Of a stretch of 64,000 bases of DNA, positions 1 to 10,200 are shown in pieces. This DNA is from Actinomycetota bacterium. Lineage in GTDB: Bacteria; Actinomycetota; Actinomycetes; S36-B12; UBA5976. The translations under genes were made by a program, and so were the position numbers. Below the pieces are notes generated by a model, which was given only the letters and a program-made list of their open reading frames with translations, did not search any database and was not told the DNA's origin. The number at the start of each line of letters is the position of its first letter. Position 1 is the stretch's first letter. Location: NCBI GenBank assembly GCA_947452765.1, contig CANGDR010000004.1:1225-65224 (forward strand), given 5' to 3'.

Positions 1-953
1 CTAACTTCCTTTTCGCGACCTTCAAAGTTTCCGGCGACCTTTTCGATCGTCATTTCTTTAACTCGATCAAGTTCTGATTCGCGCTCTTGTTTACCGGCAA
101 TAGTAAGTGCCTTAGCAAGTGCATCAGAGACTGCAGTTTCAACGGCAGCAAATACGTCTGCTTCGTAGTCGAGGAAGACTGGGAATTCCGCAGTTTCCTT
201 GGCAGCGACCGCAGCAAGTGCGGATTGAGCACGACATAATTCAGCGATGAATGGCTTTGCAGCATCTAGTCCAGCAGCAACAACATCTTCAGATGGTGCA
301 GTTGCGCCACCCTTAATCAATTCGATTGTGTTTTCGGTAGCTTCTGCTTCAACCATCATGATTGCAACGTCACCGTCAACTACCCGGCCAGCTACAACCA
401 TGTCAAACACGGCATCTTCTAGTTGAGTATGTGTTGGGAAAGCGACCCATTGACCCTTGATCAATGCAACGCGAACGCCACCGATCGGACCAGAGAATGG
501 TAAGCCAGCAAGTTGAGTGGACATTGATGCGGCATTGATTGCAATTACGTCGTACAACTCGTCCGGGTTTAATGCCATAACGGTTACTACGACCTGAACT
601 TCATTACGAAGTCCTTTAACGAATGACGGACGCAATGGACGATCAATCAGGCGACAGGTCAGGATTGCATCTTCAGTTGGACGGCCTTCGCGACGGAAGA
701 ATGATCCTGGGATGCGACCAACTGCATACATGCGTTCTTCGACATCAACCGTTAATGGGAAGAAGTCGAATTGGTCTTTAGGTGACTTACCTGCGGTAGT
801 TGCCGAAAGCAACATTGTTTCGTCGTCTAAGTAGACAACGGCAGTTCCATTAGCCTGACGCGCTAAGCGTCCGGTTTCGAACTTGATAGTGCGTTTTCCG
901 AATGACCCATTGTCAATCACAGCAACGCTGGTCTGTACTTCGTTACCCTCCAT
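1..953 (-). CDS. pnp: polynucleotide phosphorylase (polyribonucleotide nucleotidyltransferase), N-terminal part; gene runs off the left edge
   Basis: Absent from the ORF track because it is truncated. My translation of the minus strand from ATG at 953-951 gives [92 protein letters not shown], a canonical PNPase N-terminus. GGGAGG lies 6 nt upstream. It sits downstream of rpsO, as is usual. Confidence 0.93.
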   Translation of the reverse strand, partial: MEGNEVQTSVAVIDNGSFGKRTIKFETGRLARQANGTAVVYLDDETMLLSATTAGKSPKDQFDFFPLTVDVEERMYAVGRIPGSFFRREGRPTEDAILTCRLIDRPLRPSFVKGLRNEVQVVVTVMALNPDELYDVIAINAASMSTQLAGLPFSGPIGGVRVALIKGQWVAFPTHTQLEDAVFDMVVAGRVVDGDVAIMMVEAEATENTIELIKGGATAPSEDVVAAGLDAAKPFIAELCRAQSALAAVAAKETAEFPVFLDYEADVFAAVETAVSDALAKALTIAGKQERESELDRVKEMTIEKVAGNFEGREKEV

Positions 954-1169
954 GGGTAACCTCCCTCTTTTTAAGGGACAACACTCGTACACCGAACTTG
1001 TGACTTGCTATCAAGTCTTTTGTGTCGATCTTCGATCGAGAAGCGCGGCTCTTGAGCCGAACTTCACTACCGAGGACCGACCGATCTATTCGAATATGCG
1101 GTGTTATCCGCGGTGCCACCTCGTGGTGGCGGTATCTTGCGATCTTTAGGTTTAGAAATTTTTTGCTAA

Positions 1170-1206
1170 GTCCGACAAGTGCAAGTGAAAACTTGCTCTT
1201 GTCGAC
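1170..1206 (-). promoter_or_regulatory. imperfect long stem-loop in the rpsO-pnp spacer (candidate processing or attenuator hairpin)
   Basis: GTCCGACAAGTGCAAGT-GAAA-ACTTGCTCTTGTCGAC pairs over about 15 bp with two bulges. No T-run follows it on the transcribed (minus) strand, so it is not a classical terminator. Confidence 0.35.
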
Positions 1207-1235
1207 CCAGATCCCCTAGTGAGAACCCAGAAAAT

Positions 1236-1505
1236 TTAGCGACGAATACCAAGCTTCTCGATAATTGCACGGTAACGATTGATGTCTGTCTTGGTTAAGT
1301 AATCAAGAAGACGACGGCGCTGACCTACGAGCAGAAGCAATCCGCGACGGCTGTGGTGGTCATGCTTATGAATCTTTAAGTGGCCAGTTAGATCGTTGAT
1401 GCGCTGTGTCATCAATGCGATTTGTACTTCTGGACTTCCGGTATCGCCTGGCTTAGTTCCATACTTAGCGATGATTTCTTGCTTAACTGATGCTTCTAAC
1501 GGCAT
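1236..1505 (-). CDS. rpsO: 30S ribosomal protein S15
   Basis: 89 aa with the S15 signature [29 protein letters not shown]. Located upstream of pnp. Confidence 0.97.
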   Translation of the reverse strand: MPLEASVKQEIIAKYGTKPGDTGSPEVQIALMTQRINDLTGHLKIHKHDHHSRRGLLLLVGQRRRLLDYLTKTDINRYRAIIEKLGIRR

Positions 1506-1637
1506 TGTTTTTCCTCTCGGGCGCGTGAAGGAATGAATAAATCAGTCCGATGAATGGACACGAGATGTGGGGCGCCCGCCCCGCATTCGTCTTAGATAAG
1601 GGTAACAGCCATGTGGGTTAAGTAGAAATCGCGATAT

Positions 1638-2564
1638 CTAGTGACTATTTAAGTAGTTACTGGTGATTTCGCGTGCTTTTGTAACGTCAGAATTCATTGC
1701 AATCAGCAAGTCATCAATCGAATTGAATGCTGCCATACCTCTGATGTGTGCCAAAAAGTCAAGATCTGCAGTTTTACCGTAGAGATCTAGGCCTGCTTTA
1801 TCCAACACGTATGCTTCGACTCTCCTACCGATAACGCCTTCAAAGGTTGGATTCGTACCAATGCTCACAGCGGTTGGATGAACCTCGCCATCGACTGTTA
1901 GCAATCCCGCGTAGACGCCATCTTGCGGTATTAATAGGTCGCCTTCGATGTCCAAATTTGCTGTTGGGTAACCAAGTTCGCGGCCGCGATGATCGCCGTG
2001 AACTACTTCACCAGTTATCCGATGTGGCCGCCCAAGCATTTCTGCCGCGTGGGTGACTTCCCCGTTAACTAGTGCAGTTCGAATTCGAGTCGAAGACCAG
2101 GTTTGAGTATCACCGACTAGTTCGACAACGTGAATTTCAAAGTCATACTTCGTGGAAAAATCCCGAAGAGTTTCTATCGAGCCAGCTGATTCTTTGCCGA
2201 ATCTGAAGTTGCTGCCAACAACTACAACTTTGGCGGCAATCTCCCCGACGATAACATCCTTAATAAACGACTCTGGGGCCATCTCTGACATCTGCTTGTC
2301 GAATTTAAGAATCTTTACTTGATCAGCGCCATTGTCGGAAAGTAATTTCGCCCGCCGACTTGGCAGAGTCAATAACCCACGATAATTCTCTAAATTAAAA
2401 AACTGCTTCGGTGGCGGATCAAATGTCGCGGCCACGAATGTAACGTCTAACTCATTTGCAATACGTCGCCCAATCGCAAGTACTTGGCGATGTCCTGCAT
2501 GTACACCGTCAAATACTCCGATAGTTACAACTACCCTTGAATCTTGGTCACTCATTTGCTGCAA
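1638..2564 (-). CDS. ribF: bifunctional riboflavin kinase / FAD synthetase
   Basis: 308 aa. N-terminal nucleotidyltransferase motif VTIGVFDGVHAGH; C-terminal riboflavin kinase region with GYPTANL and SIGTNPTF. The start could be the internal ATG at 2555. Confidence 0.93.
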   Translation of the reverse strand: MQQMSDQDSRVVVTIGVFDGVHAGHRQVLAIGRRIANELDVTFVAATFDPPPKQFFNLENYRGLLTLPSRRAKLLSDNGADQVKILKFDKQMSEMAPESFIKDVIVGEIAAKVVVVGSNFRFGKESAGSIETLRDFSTKYDFEIHVVELVGDTQTWSSTRIRTALVNGEVTHAAEMLGRPHRITGEVVHGDHRGRELGYPTANLDIEGDLLIPQDGVYAGLLTVDGEVHPTAVSIGTNPTFEGVIGRRVEAYVLDKAGLDLYGKTADLDFLAHIRGMAAFNSIDDLLIAMNSDVTKAREITSNYLNSH

Positions 2565-3429
2565 ACACTACCAATGGAACCAACTCGCCGTCCTTGGTCT
2601 CTGAAATCGAAATTACTTCGCCATTTGAATCAAATACGCCGACTATCCCCATCGGTGAATCGGGCGGCACCATAACGCGAACTCCATTTCGAGCTTTCGA
2701 CGCAGCCTCAGCAGATATCTTCGATTCTGGAAATGCCATGCGTACGGCATCAGATAGTGAAATAAGCTGAGGATTCTCTTGGAGCTGGGCTAGTGGTGTC
2801 ATTTTGGAAAACTGTCCTGACCTAGTTCGCCTGAGGTGAGTTAGGTGGCCTCCAACATTCAATTCGCTGCCGATGTCCCTCGCCAACGCTCGAATATATG
2901 TTCCAGCACTGCAAACTACCCGGATGTCAACGTCTATCAATTTTGAGTCAGGTAATGCACGGATCTCTAAAATCTCCAAGTCTTGAACAATCACGTCACG
3001 CGAAGGAATTTCTATTTCTTCGCCATCGCGTACTCGCGCATAAGCACGACGTCCGTCGATTTTGACCGCGCTGATCTTGCTTGGCTGCTGGCTAATAGGT
3101 CCACGGAAGTTCCTGACGACCTCTAAAATCCCATTTTCCGTTATTGCGGATGCATCCGCCCTGGATATTTCTTCACCAGTTGCATCATCCGTATCAGTGG
3201 CGATGCCCAGCCGCATTGTTGCTAAATATTCCTTGTCATGCGCAGTCAAATATCCAAGGAGCCGAGTCGCCCTGCCAATACCAATCACCAACATTCCAGT
3301 AGCCATCGGATCAAGAGTTCCAGCATGGCCAACCTTGCGCGTATCGAAAGCTTTTCTAATTTTTGCAACTACATCATGCGATGTTGGTCCCTCTGGTTTA
3401 TCAACCAGCACAATTCCTTCAATAGCCAA
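2548..3429 (-). CDS. truB: tRNA pseudouridine(55) synthase
   Basis: 293 aa. Catalytic-Asp motif GHAGTLDPMATGMLVIGIG. Conserved position between nrnA/rbfA and ribF. Confidence 0.94.
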   Translation of the reverse strand: MAIEGIVLVDKPEGPTSHDVVAKIRKAFDTRKVGHAGTLDPMATGMLVIGIGRATRLLGYLTAHDKEYLATMRLGIATDTDDATGEEISRADASAITENGILEVVRNFRGPISQQPSKISAVKIDGRRAYARVRDGEEIEIPSRDVIVQDLEILEIRALPDSKLIDVDIRVVCSAGTYIRALARDIGSELNVGGHLTHLRRTRSGQFSKMTPLAQLQENPQLISLSDAVRMAFPESKISAEAASKARNGVRVMVPPDSPMGIVGVFDSNGEVISISETKDGELVPLVVFAANE

Positions 3430-3431
3430 AA

Positions 3432-4427
3432 CTAGTTACCTGCGACTTCAGCTAACTTGGCAATAAGTTGATCAATTGCGTCAGCCAAAGACGCGCCCGT
3501 GCTGTACCCGGCAGCAAATCTATGGCCACCGCCCCCAAGGCTGAGTGCAACCTCACCTACGCTGAGCAAAGTTTTACTTCGGAGTGAGACATTCCAGTGC
3601 CCATCGTCAGCTTGCTTAAATACAGCCGCAACTTCCGCCTCCGTAGTCCTTCGAATTGCCTCGATTACTCGCTCCATAGCAAGTTCTGATTGATTCCCCC
3701 GTTGTGCAATCGAGATTGACGTATAGACCAAACCTGCACCATTGGCTGCATTCTTGGTAAGGACCGCCCGACCAATCGCTTCACCCATCATGGTTATGGC
3801 GGTCATAGGCTCATCATCAAACAACAATCTAGCTAAGCCACTGTGGTCGATTCCTGCATCTAGAAGTCGAGCCGCAGCACGCATCGTTTCGCTTGTGGTT
3901 GCTTGATACTTGAATGAACCAGTATCAGTCGCCAGGCCCGCATAAATAAGCGATGCAATGTCACCGTTCAACTCGACACCGAGTCGATCAACAAAATTGA
4001 GCACAATTTCGGCAGTCGCAGCAGCATTTGGATCTACCAAGTGAATCAAGCCAAAACCAGTGAATGATGGATGGTGATCGATTGCAATTGATTGTTTTGC
4101 ATTCTTCATTACGCCAGCGAGAGTGCCCAATCGATTTTCCGAAGAAACATCGCAAGAAATAACCAAGTCTGGATAAACAATATTTTCAGGTGAAACTACC
4201 AGATTGACGCCTGGTAAGAAATTCAAAGACTCAGGTGTTTGAAAGCCTTCCTCGCCTACTGATACTTGAACTGACTTATCCAGCTCAAGTAGTGCGTGTG
4301 CGAGTCCGAGCGCCGAGCCGAGGGCATCAGCATCCGGCGTTACATGCGCAAGCAACAACACGGATTTGGACTTGGATACCGCATCCAGGGCAGCATCCCA
4401 GTCTAAAGTCTTAGCAAAATTTGCCAT
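3432..4427 (-). CDS. nrnA: DHH/DHHA1 phosphoesterase (bifunctional oligoribonuclease / pAp phosphatase NrnA type)
   Basis: 331 aa. DHH motif AIDHHPS and DHHA1 motif GGGGHRFAAG. Syntenic with Rv2837c next to rbfA. Confidence 0.85.
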   Translation of the reverse strand: MANFAKTLDWDAALDAVSKSKSVLLLAHVTPDADALGSALGLAHALLELDKSVQVSVGEEGFQTPESLNFLPGVNLVVSPENIVYPDLVISCDVSSENRLGTLAGVMKNAKQSIAIDHHPSFTGFGLIHLVDPNAAATAEIVLNFVDRLGVELNGDIASLIYAGLATDTGSFKYQATTSETMRAAARLLDAGIDHSGLARLLFDDEPMTAITMMGEAIGRAVLTKNAANGAGLVYTSISIAQRGNQSELAMERVIEAIRRTTEAEVAAVFKQADDGHWNVSLRSKTLLSVGEVALSLGGGGHRFAAGYSTGASLADAIDQLIAKLAEVAGN

Positions 4428-4432
4428 TTGAA

Positions 4433-4864
4433 TTACTCGGCAGCCGAATCGGAATTCTTATAAGGGTCGGAATCTCCGGCATAACGCGCGCCAGCAGACC
4501 GTTCATGCAATTCTTTGTCGGCTTGCGCGGCCATATGCAGCAAGTCGTCGATCACGCGCACATTCTCTGGAAGTGCGTCGCGAATGAACTCGACGGTGGG
4601 TGTGAATTTTATTCCGGTTCGCTTGCCAATTTCCGTGCGAACCAATCCCTTGGCCGAGCTCAAAGCGGCAGAAGTACTTTCAACTTCGGCTTCGGAACCA
4701 AATACCGTGTAAAAAACCGTAGCCTCCCGAAGATCTGGAGAGACACGAACACTTGTAACCGTTACAAATCCAAGTCGAGGATCCTTAACTTTCATCTCTA
4801 AAGTTTCCGCAACAATTTCCTGAAACCGTTCACCAAGTTTTCGCGCTCGCGCTGCATCTACCAT
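4433..4864 (-). CDS. rbfA: ribosome-binding factor A
   Basis: 143 aa. KDPRLGFVTVTSVRVSPDLREATVFY is typical of RbfA. Lies immediately downstream of infB. Confidence 0.93.
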   Translation of the reverse strand: MVDAARARKLGERFQEIVAETLEMKVKDPRLGFVTVTSVRVSPDLREATVFYTVFGSEAEVESTSAALSSAKGLVRTEIGKRTGIKFTPTVEFIRDALPENVRVIDDLLHMAAQADKELHERSAGARYAGDSDPYKNSDSAAE

Positions 4865-4899
4865 GTGTTCTCCTAACGAATTGCAAAAATAGTGCGCAC

Positions 4900-7605
4900 C
4901 TAAGCGCGCACTATTTCACGCATTTCAAATGTTTCGATGATGTCGCCAACCTTGATGTCGTTAAAGGATCCAAGTCCGATTCCGCATTCAAAGCCTTCGC
5001 GAACCTCGGTGGCGTCATCTTTGAAGCGACGCAAGGTATCAATTGAGAGGTCAGCTTGAACGACTGCGCCATCACGAACCAATCGCGCCTTAGCCTTGCG
5101 CTTGATCTCGCCGTTGAGAACCATGCAACCTGCAATGTTTCCGAACTTGCTGGAACGGAATACGTCGCGTACCTCGGCAGAGCCAAGAGCAGCTTCTTCG
5201 TATTCAGCCTTGCGCATGCCCTTAAGTGATGATTCGATGTCGTCAATGACGCCATAGATGACGTTGTAGTAACGAATTTCAACATTTTCCCGGTCGGCCA
5301 AATCGCGTGACTTGCCTTCTGGTCTTACGTTGAATCCGATGATCATTGCATCAGATGCGGCTGCAAGCGAAACGTCGTTCTCGGTAATAGCACCAACACC
5401 ACGGTGGATGACACGCAGGATTACATTCTCGTCATCAACATCAATGTTTAACAACGCATCTTCCAGTGCTTCAACCGAACCAGATACGTCACCCTTGATA
5501 ATGATCTTGAGTTCTGCAACTTCACCCTTTTCAAGCGCCTTGAGAACATCTTCGAGGGTGTGACGGCCACGACGAGCGGCTAATTCGGCATTACGTTCGC
5601 GCGCACCACGGGTTTGTGCAATTTGGCGGGCAATACGATCTTCGGCAACTACAAGGAAGGTGTCACCAGCTCCTGGTACAGAAGTTAAACCAAGTACCTG
5701 GACTGCACGTGCTGGTCCAGCTTCGGTTACGGTTTCGCCATTTTCATCGAGCATTGCGCGAACCCGGCCAAATGCGTCACCAACAACTATTGAGTCACCG
5801 GGGCGAAGCGTTCCACGTTGAACCAAAACGGTTGCAACCGGTCCACGACCACGGTCAAGGTTGGCTTCGATGGCGAATCCTTGCGCATCTTGAACTGGGT
5901 TAGCCCGTAGATCAAGTCCAGCGTCTGCTGTCAACAAAATTGAATCAATCAATTCATCGATGTTTAGGCTTGACTTGGCTGATACATCTACGAAGATGGT
6001 GTCGCCACCATATTCCTCGGGCACTAAGCCGTATTCAGTTAGTTGTCCACGTACTTTTGTTGGATCTGCGCCTTCTTTGTCGATTTTATTAACTGCGACA
6101 ACGATTGGCACGTTAGCTGCTTGCGCATGATTAAGTGCTTCGATCGTTTGTGGCTTTACGCCATCATCTGCCGCAACGACTAAAACCGCGATGTCTGTTA
6201 CTTGTGCACCACGGGCACGCATGGCAGTAAATGCCTCGTGGCCCGGGGTATCTATGAACGTGATCGCGCGGTTTATTCCGTCATGCATGTGGTGAATTTG
6301 GTAAGCACCGATGTGCTGAGTAATTCCGCCAGCTTCGCGCTCGAGGACATTTGTCTTACGAATCGCATCCAGTAAGCGAGTTTTACCGTGATCAACGTGA
6401 CCCATAACAGTAACAACCGGCGGTCGGATCACAAGCGCTTCGTCATCACCCTCGTCGCCAAACTCTAGGTCGTAAGACTCAAGTAGTTCACGATCTTCAT
6501 CTTCTGGTGAAATAACTTGAATCTCGTAATTAAGTTCAACTCCAAGAAGTTGCAGAGTCTCTTCGTTGACTGACTGGGTAGCCGTAACCATCTCGCCCAT
6601 CTTGAAGAGAATCTGAACCAGCGAAGCTGGCTCGGCATTAATCTTGTCCGCAAAATCGCTCAACGATGAACCGCGAGTTAGGCGAATAGTTTCGCCGCGA
6701 CCCATGGTTACCGACGAACCACCGGTGACTGGGGCTTGCATGTTGTCGAACTCTTGACGCTTTGCACGCTTTGACTTACGTCCCTTTGATGGACGTCCAC
6801 CAGATTTACCAAATGCGCCAGCCGTATTACCGCGTCCGCCAGTTGCATTCGGACGGCCACCACCTGGACGACCCGGAGGACCGCCCGGAGCACCAGCTCC
6901 ACCACCAGGTCCGCCACTTGGCGCACCAGTGCGAGGTGCGAAACCGCTACCTGCGCGATCGCCACCTGGACCTCCAGTACGCGGGCCACCAAAACTTGGG
7001 CGATCACCGGCGGGACGACCTGGTCCACCCGTACGCTGGCCACCAAAACTTGGGCGATCACCGGCGGGACGACCTGGTCCACCTGGACGTGCGCCGGCAG
7101 GGCGTGGCGCTCCAGTTACTCCGCCACCTGGCCGAGGGCCTGCACCCGCACCTGTTGAGAACGGGTTGTTGCCAGGGCGCGCGGCACGAGGTGCCGAAGT
7201 GAATGGGTTGTTGCCCGGACGAGGGCCGCCTGGACGTGGACCGGGTACTGCACTAGGTGCTGTCGGTGCAGCTGCACTTGATGCATCAACTTGTGGGGCA
7301 ACAGCCTTTGGAGCCGAAGGGACTTCAATTTCTGGTGCAGAAACTTCTGCTGGCACTGCGTCTTCTAGGGTCGCTGATTTTTTAGCGGCGGCTTTCTTGG
7401 CAGGCGCTTTCTTAGCCGGTGCCGGAGCGTTAGCTGCTGCTTCTTTCAGTTCTGGGAACTTCGCATGTAAGCGACGAACTACTGGAGCTTCGACAGTCGA
7501 CGAAGCCGACTTGACGTACTCCCCTACTTCTTCAAGCTTTGCGATGATTTCTTTGCTCTCGACGCCTAGCGCCTTTGCAAGCTCATACACTCGGACCTTG
7601 GACAC
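4900..7605 (-). CDS. infB: translation initiation factor IF-2
   Basis: 901 aa. G-domain motifs [16 protein letters not shown] and NKID. Long Pro/Gly/Ala-rich N-terminal region, as in actinobacterial IF-2. Confidence 0.97.
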   Translation of the reverse strand: MSKVRVYELAKALGVESKEIIAKLEEVGEYVKSASSTVEAPVVRRLHAKFPELKEAAANAPAPAKKAPAKKAAAKKSATLEDAVPAEVSAPEIEVPSAPKAVAPQVDASSAAAPTAPSAVPGPRPGGPRPGNNPFTSAPRAARPGNNPFSTGAGAGPRPGGGVTGAPRPAGARPGGPGRPAGDRPSFGGQRTGGPGRPAGDRPSFGGPRTGGPGGDRAGSGFAPRTGAPSGGPGGGAGAPGGPPGRPGGGRPNATGGRGNTAGAFGKSGGRPSKGRKSKRAKRQEFDNMQAPVTGGSSVTMGRGETIRLTRGSSLSDFADKINAEPASLVQILFKMGEMVTATQSVNEETLQLLGVELNYEIQVISPEDEDRELLESYDLEFGDEGDDEALVIRPPVVTVMGHVDHGKTRLLDAIRKTNVLEREAGGITQHIGAYQIHHMHDGINRAITFIDTPGHEAFTAMRARGAQVTDIAVLVVAADDGVKPQTIEALNHAQAANVPIVVAVNKIDKEGADPTKVRGQLTEYGLVPEEYGGDTIFVDVSAKSSLNIDELIDSILLTADAGLDLRANPVQDAQGFAIEANLDRGRGPVATVLVQRGTLRPGDSIVVGDAFGRVRAMLDENGETVTEAGPARAVQVLGLTSVPGAGDTFLVVAEDRIARQIAQTRGARERNAELAARRGRHTLEDVLKALEKGEVAELKIIIKGDVSGSVEALEDALLNIDVDDENVILRVIHRGVGAITENDVSLAAASDAMIIGFNVRPEGKSRDLADRENVEIRYYNVIYGVIDDIESSLKGMRKAEYEEAALGSAEVRDVFRSSKFGNIAGCMVLNGEIKRKAKARLVRDGAVVQADLSIDTLRRFKDDATEVREGFECGIGLGSFNDIKVGDIIETFEMREIVRA
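6977..7084 (-). repeat. two tandem 54-bp in-frame copies (52/54 identical) inside the infB low-complexity region
   Basis: 6977-7030 and 7031-7084 differ at 2 positions. They encode [18 protein letters not shown] / [18 protein letters not shown]. Confidence 0.9.
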
Positions 7606-7842
7606 GTTTCTCCAGTCTGGTCCGAGGACTATTTAGTCGATTCGGACCGTCTTTTGTTTTCTGGCGCTCATTACTGAGCACACTGCCTGTTGGCGTTCAT
7701 ATTTAGAACGCAATCCTGGCGATTGACATAAACACTCCCGTTTTCAGCGGTAGTTAACGGTTACTGACCACAAACCAATGAGGCTTGCGATACCAGTCTA
7801 GCCCAATTCCTAGCGGTGCCCGGGATTCGGCTGAAAATGCCC

Positions 7843-8817
7843 CTATTCGGCAATAACGGCATCAGATTTGATGTCGATCTTGGCTCCAGTAAGGCGAGCA
7901 GCTAAGCGAGCATTCTGACCTTCACGTCCGATCGCCAGTGAGAGTTGGTAATCAGGGACAACTACTCGAACGATTCGATTTTCTTCGTCTATCAACGTTG
8001 CTGAAATTACTTTGGCAGGCGAAAGCGCGTGTTGCACATACTCGGCTAAATCATCGCTGTAGTCAACAATGTCGATCTTTTCGCCACCTAGTTCACTCAT
8101 GACTGCACGTACGCGACCACCGAGCGGCCCAATACATGCACCTTTTGGATTAACTCCTGAAGCTTTGGTGGATACGGCTATTTTCGTGCGGTGGCCAGCT
8201 TCGCGGGCAAGTCCTTCGATAACCACTGTGCCATCAGCAATTTCTGGTACCTCAAACTTGAATAGTTCTTCAACCAATTTCGGATGGCTACGCGACAACG
8301 TAATTACTGGACCCTTAGGGCCTTTTTTAACCGTAACTACGTAACAACGAATCCGAGTCCCATGTGAATAATCTTCACCAGGCACACTTTCTTCGGGTGG
8401 CAGTACGCCTTCAACTTTTCCAAGATTTACAAACACAAGTTGTCGGTCGCTTCCCTGTTGAATCACACCGGAAACTACGTCACCTTCTTTTGCTTGAAAT
8501 TCCGCTACGGTCGCGTCGTCGTCAACCGCCTTAAGTCGTTGTGTGATTACGCCGCGCGCCAACGTAGCTGCTACTCGACCAAAATTCTCTGGCGTGGCAT
8601 CGAATTCGCCAATTTTGTTATCGTCGTTATCCAATTCATCCGCAATTACAACGACGTGGCCAGTCGTTCGATCCAACTCAACTCTCGCGCGCTCGTGTGC
8701 GCCGGGCGCGTGTAAATAGGCAACCAATAATGCTTGCTCAATTGCTTCGACTACAAAGTCAAGTGAAAACCCGCGCTCCCGAGATAACGCCTTTAGTGCT
8801 GAGACATCGATATCCAT
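7843..8817 (-). CDS. nusA: transcription termination/antitermination factor NusA
   Basis: 324 aa. S1 domain (GDVVSGVIQQ) and KH domains (ACIGPLGGRV, AIGREGQNARLAARLTG). Flanked by rimP. Confidence 0.96.
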   Translation of the reverse strand: MDIDVSALKALSRERGFSLDFVVEAIEQALLVAYLHAPGAHERARVELDRTTGHVVVIADELDNDDNKIGEFDATPENFGRVAATLARGVITQRLKAVDDDATVAEFQAKEGDVVSGVIQQGSDRQLVFVNLGKVEGVLPPEESVPGEDYSHGTRIRCYVVTVKKGPKGPVITLSRSHPKLVEELFKFEVPEIADGTVVIEGLAREAGHRTKIAVSTKASGVNPKGACIGPLGGRVRAVMSELGGEKIDIVDYSDDLAEYVQHALSPAKVISATLIDEENRIVRVVVPDYQLSLAIGREGQNARLAARLTGAKIDIKSDAVIAE

Positions 8818-9308
8818 TAGTTGTCCTCTACCAATTCTTCATCGGCCAGCAAAATTGGTTCTCGCTTTTTGAATTCAACTTCAATATTTGCCCGTGATAT
8901 TTCAGCAATGCTTAACGTACGCTCTTTCCCACTGATTTCTAGTGTCACCATCGGATCCTCAAATCCAATAATTCGCCCAGTTGCATTGATTGCGTCACCG
9001 GCTACAACAACTAATCTGCCAACGTTGCGTGCCCAATGAACTGGCTTGATCAATGGGTTATTTACGCCCCGGGTCCCTACTTCTAATGTGTAGGGCAGGC
9101 TTCCCATCACATCTGTTTCATCAAGAACTTCTGAAATAGCGCGTGACACTGCTGCAACTTCATCAAGGTCAACCCCGTTGTCGCCGTCCAGGGTCACATC
9201 CAAGACCCGCCGCTTTCCAGCTTTTGAAAGAGTTAAATCATCCAGATCCACAGAAAATTCTTCGACGACTGGAGTTAGTAATCCAATTAGTTCTTCAATA
9301 GAAACCAT
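8817..9308 (-). CDS. rimP: ribosome maturation factor RimP
   Basis: 163 aa acidic protein immediately upstream of nusA, overlapping it by 1 nt. Length and position are typical of RimP. Confidence 0.85.
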   Translation of the reverse strand: MVSIEELIGLLTPVVEEFSVDLDDLTLSKAGKRRVLDVTLDGDNGVDLDEVAAVSRAISEVLDETDVMGSLPYTLEVGTRGVNNPLIKPVHWARNVGRLVVVAGDAINATGRIIGFEDPMVTLEISGKERTLSIAEISRANIEVEFKKREPILLADEELVEDN

Positions 9309-9419
9309 GGTCGAAACCTTTTCAATTTGGTGGAACAGTTATATGGTCATGCTACTAGTCATTCGCTAAGAACTAAAGGGTCTCAAAATCCCTAGAAATC
9401 ATTACTTCATGACAACAAT

Positions 9420-10196
9420 TTAAGTTGACACAAGAACCAGGCGAATTATGAGCGCCACTAGCATGACAACGAAAATTGCCCGCACAAAACGACTTCCTTT
9501 ATCCAAAGCTGTTCTGGCGCCGATGTATCCGCCTAGCAGATTTAGTGGAGCCATCAATATGACCACGGCCCAAAGTACATGCCCAGAAGGAACAAATATG
9601 CATAACGCGGCCAAGTTAGTAGCAACGTTCACAAATTTTGCGGTAGCAGAGGACTCTAAAAACGATGTCCCCGCAATCGCTACCAAACCAAATAGCAAGA
9701 ACATTCCAGTCCCAGGTCCGATTAAGCCATCGTAGAAACCGATTACCAAACCTAGTGCAGGTGCCGCCCACTTGGATTGAAACTTTTTAGACCTTTGAAT
9801 AGTTCCGAATTCGGGACGCGCGAGAGTAAAAATGCCCACGCAAATCAAAATAAAAATAATTATTGGCTCAAACACAGCACGATCTACTCGAGTCGCCAAC
9901 GCGGCGCCTACTATTGAGCCACCAAACGCAGTCGCCATGATCGGAAGCAACTGCTGTCCGCGTGACTGAACCTTAGTTCTATATGTGGCTGCCGCAGCAC
10001 TTGTTCCAACAATCGAAACAGCCTTATTGCTACCTAAGACACTGGCAAGTGGAGCATTTGGAAATGCAAAGAGCAATGTGGGAAGTTGAATTAAGCCACC
10101 TCCACCGGCTACCGCATCTACAAAACCTGCTGTAAAAGCTCCAACGATAAGTGAAAGAAAAGTTAGCGGCGATAAATCCGACCACAGTGCAAACAT
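9420..10196 (-). CDS. TauE/SafE family sulfite/anion exporter-like membrane protein
   Basis: 258 aa with about 8 hydrophobic Gly-rich helices. The N-terminal GFVDAVAGGGGLIQLP pattern is typical of the TauE/SafE family. Confidence 0.75.
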   Translation of the reverse strand: MFALWSDLSPLTFLSLIVGAFTAGFVDAVAGGGGLIQLPTLLFAFPNAPLASVLGSNKAVSIVGTSAAAATYRTKVQSRGQQLLPIMATAFGGSIVGAALATRVDRAVFEPIIIFILICVGIFTLARPEFGTIQRSKKFQSKWAAPALGLVIGFYDGLIGPGTGMFLLFGLVAIAGTSFLESSATAKFVNVATNLAALCIFVPSGHVLWAVVILMAPLNLLGGYIGARTALDKGSRFVRAIFVVMLVALIIRLVLVST

Positions 10197-10200
10197 TTAA

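Noticed and set aside
883-1219. Two plus-strand ORFs (88 and 65 aa) in the pnp 5' end and rpsO-pnp spacer
   Set aside because: They are opposite to the local transcription direction, overlap the pnp start, and show no coding signature. The region is better explained as a structured leader.
1506-1637. Short GC hairpin (GGGGC-GGGC-GCCCC on the minus strand) as a ribF terminator or S15 autoregulatory leader
   Set aside because: It has only a 5-bp stem and no T-run, and I cannot support an S15-binding fold by eye.
6929-7636. 235-aa plus-strand ORF (Pro/Gly/Ala/Arg-rich), together with 6762-7202 and 6708-7082
   Set aside because: These are antisense or alternative-frame shadows of the GC-rich, repetitive N-terminal region of infB. 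They have no start context and no recognisable domains.
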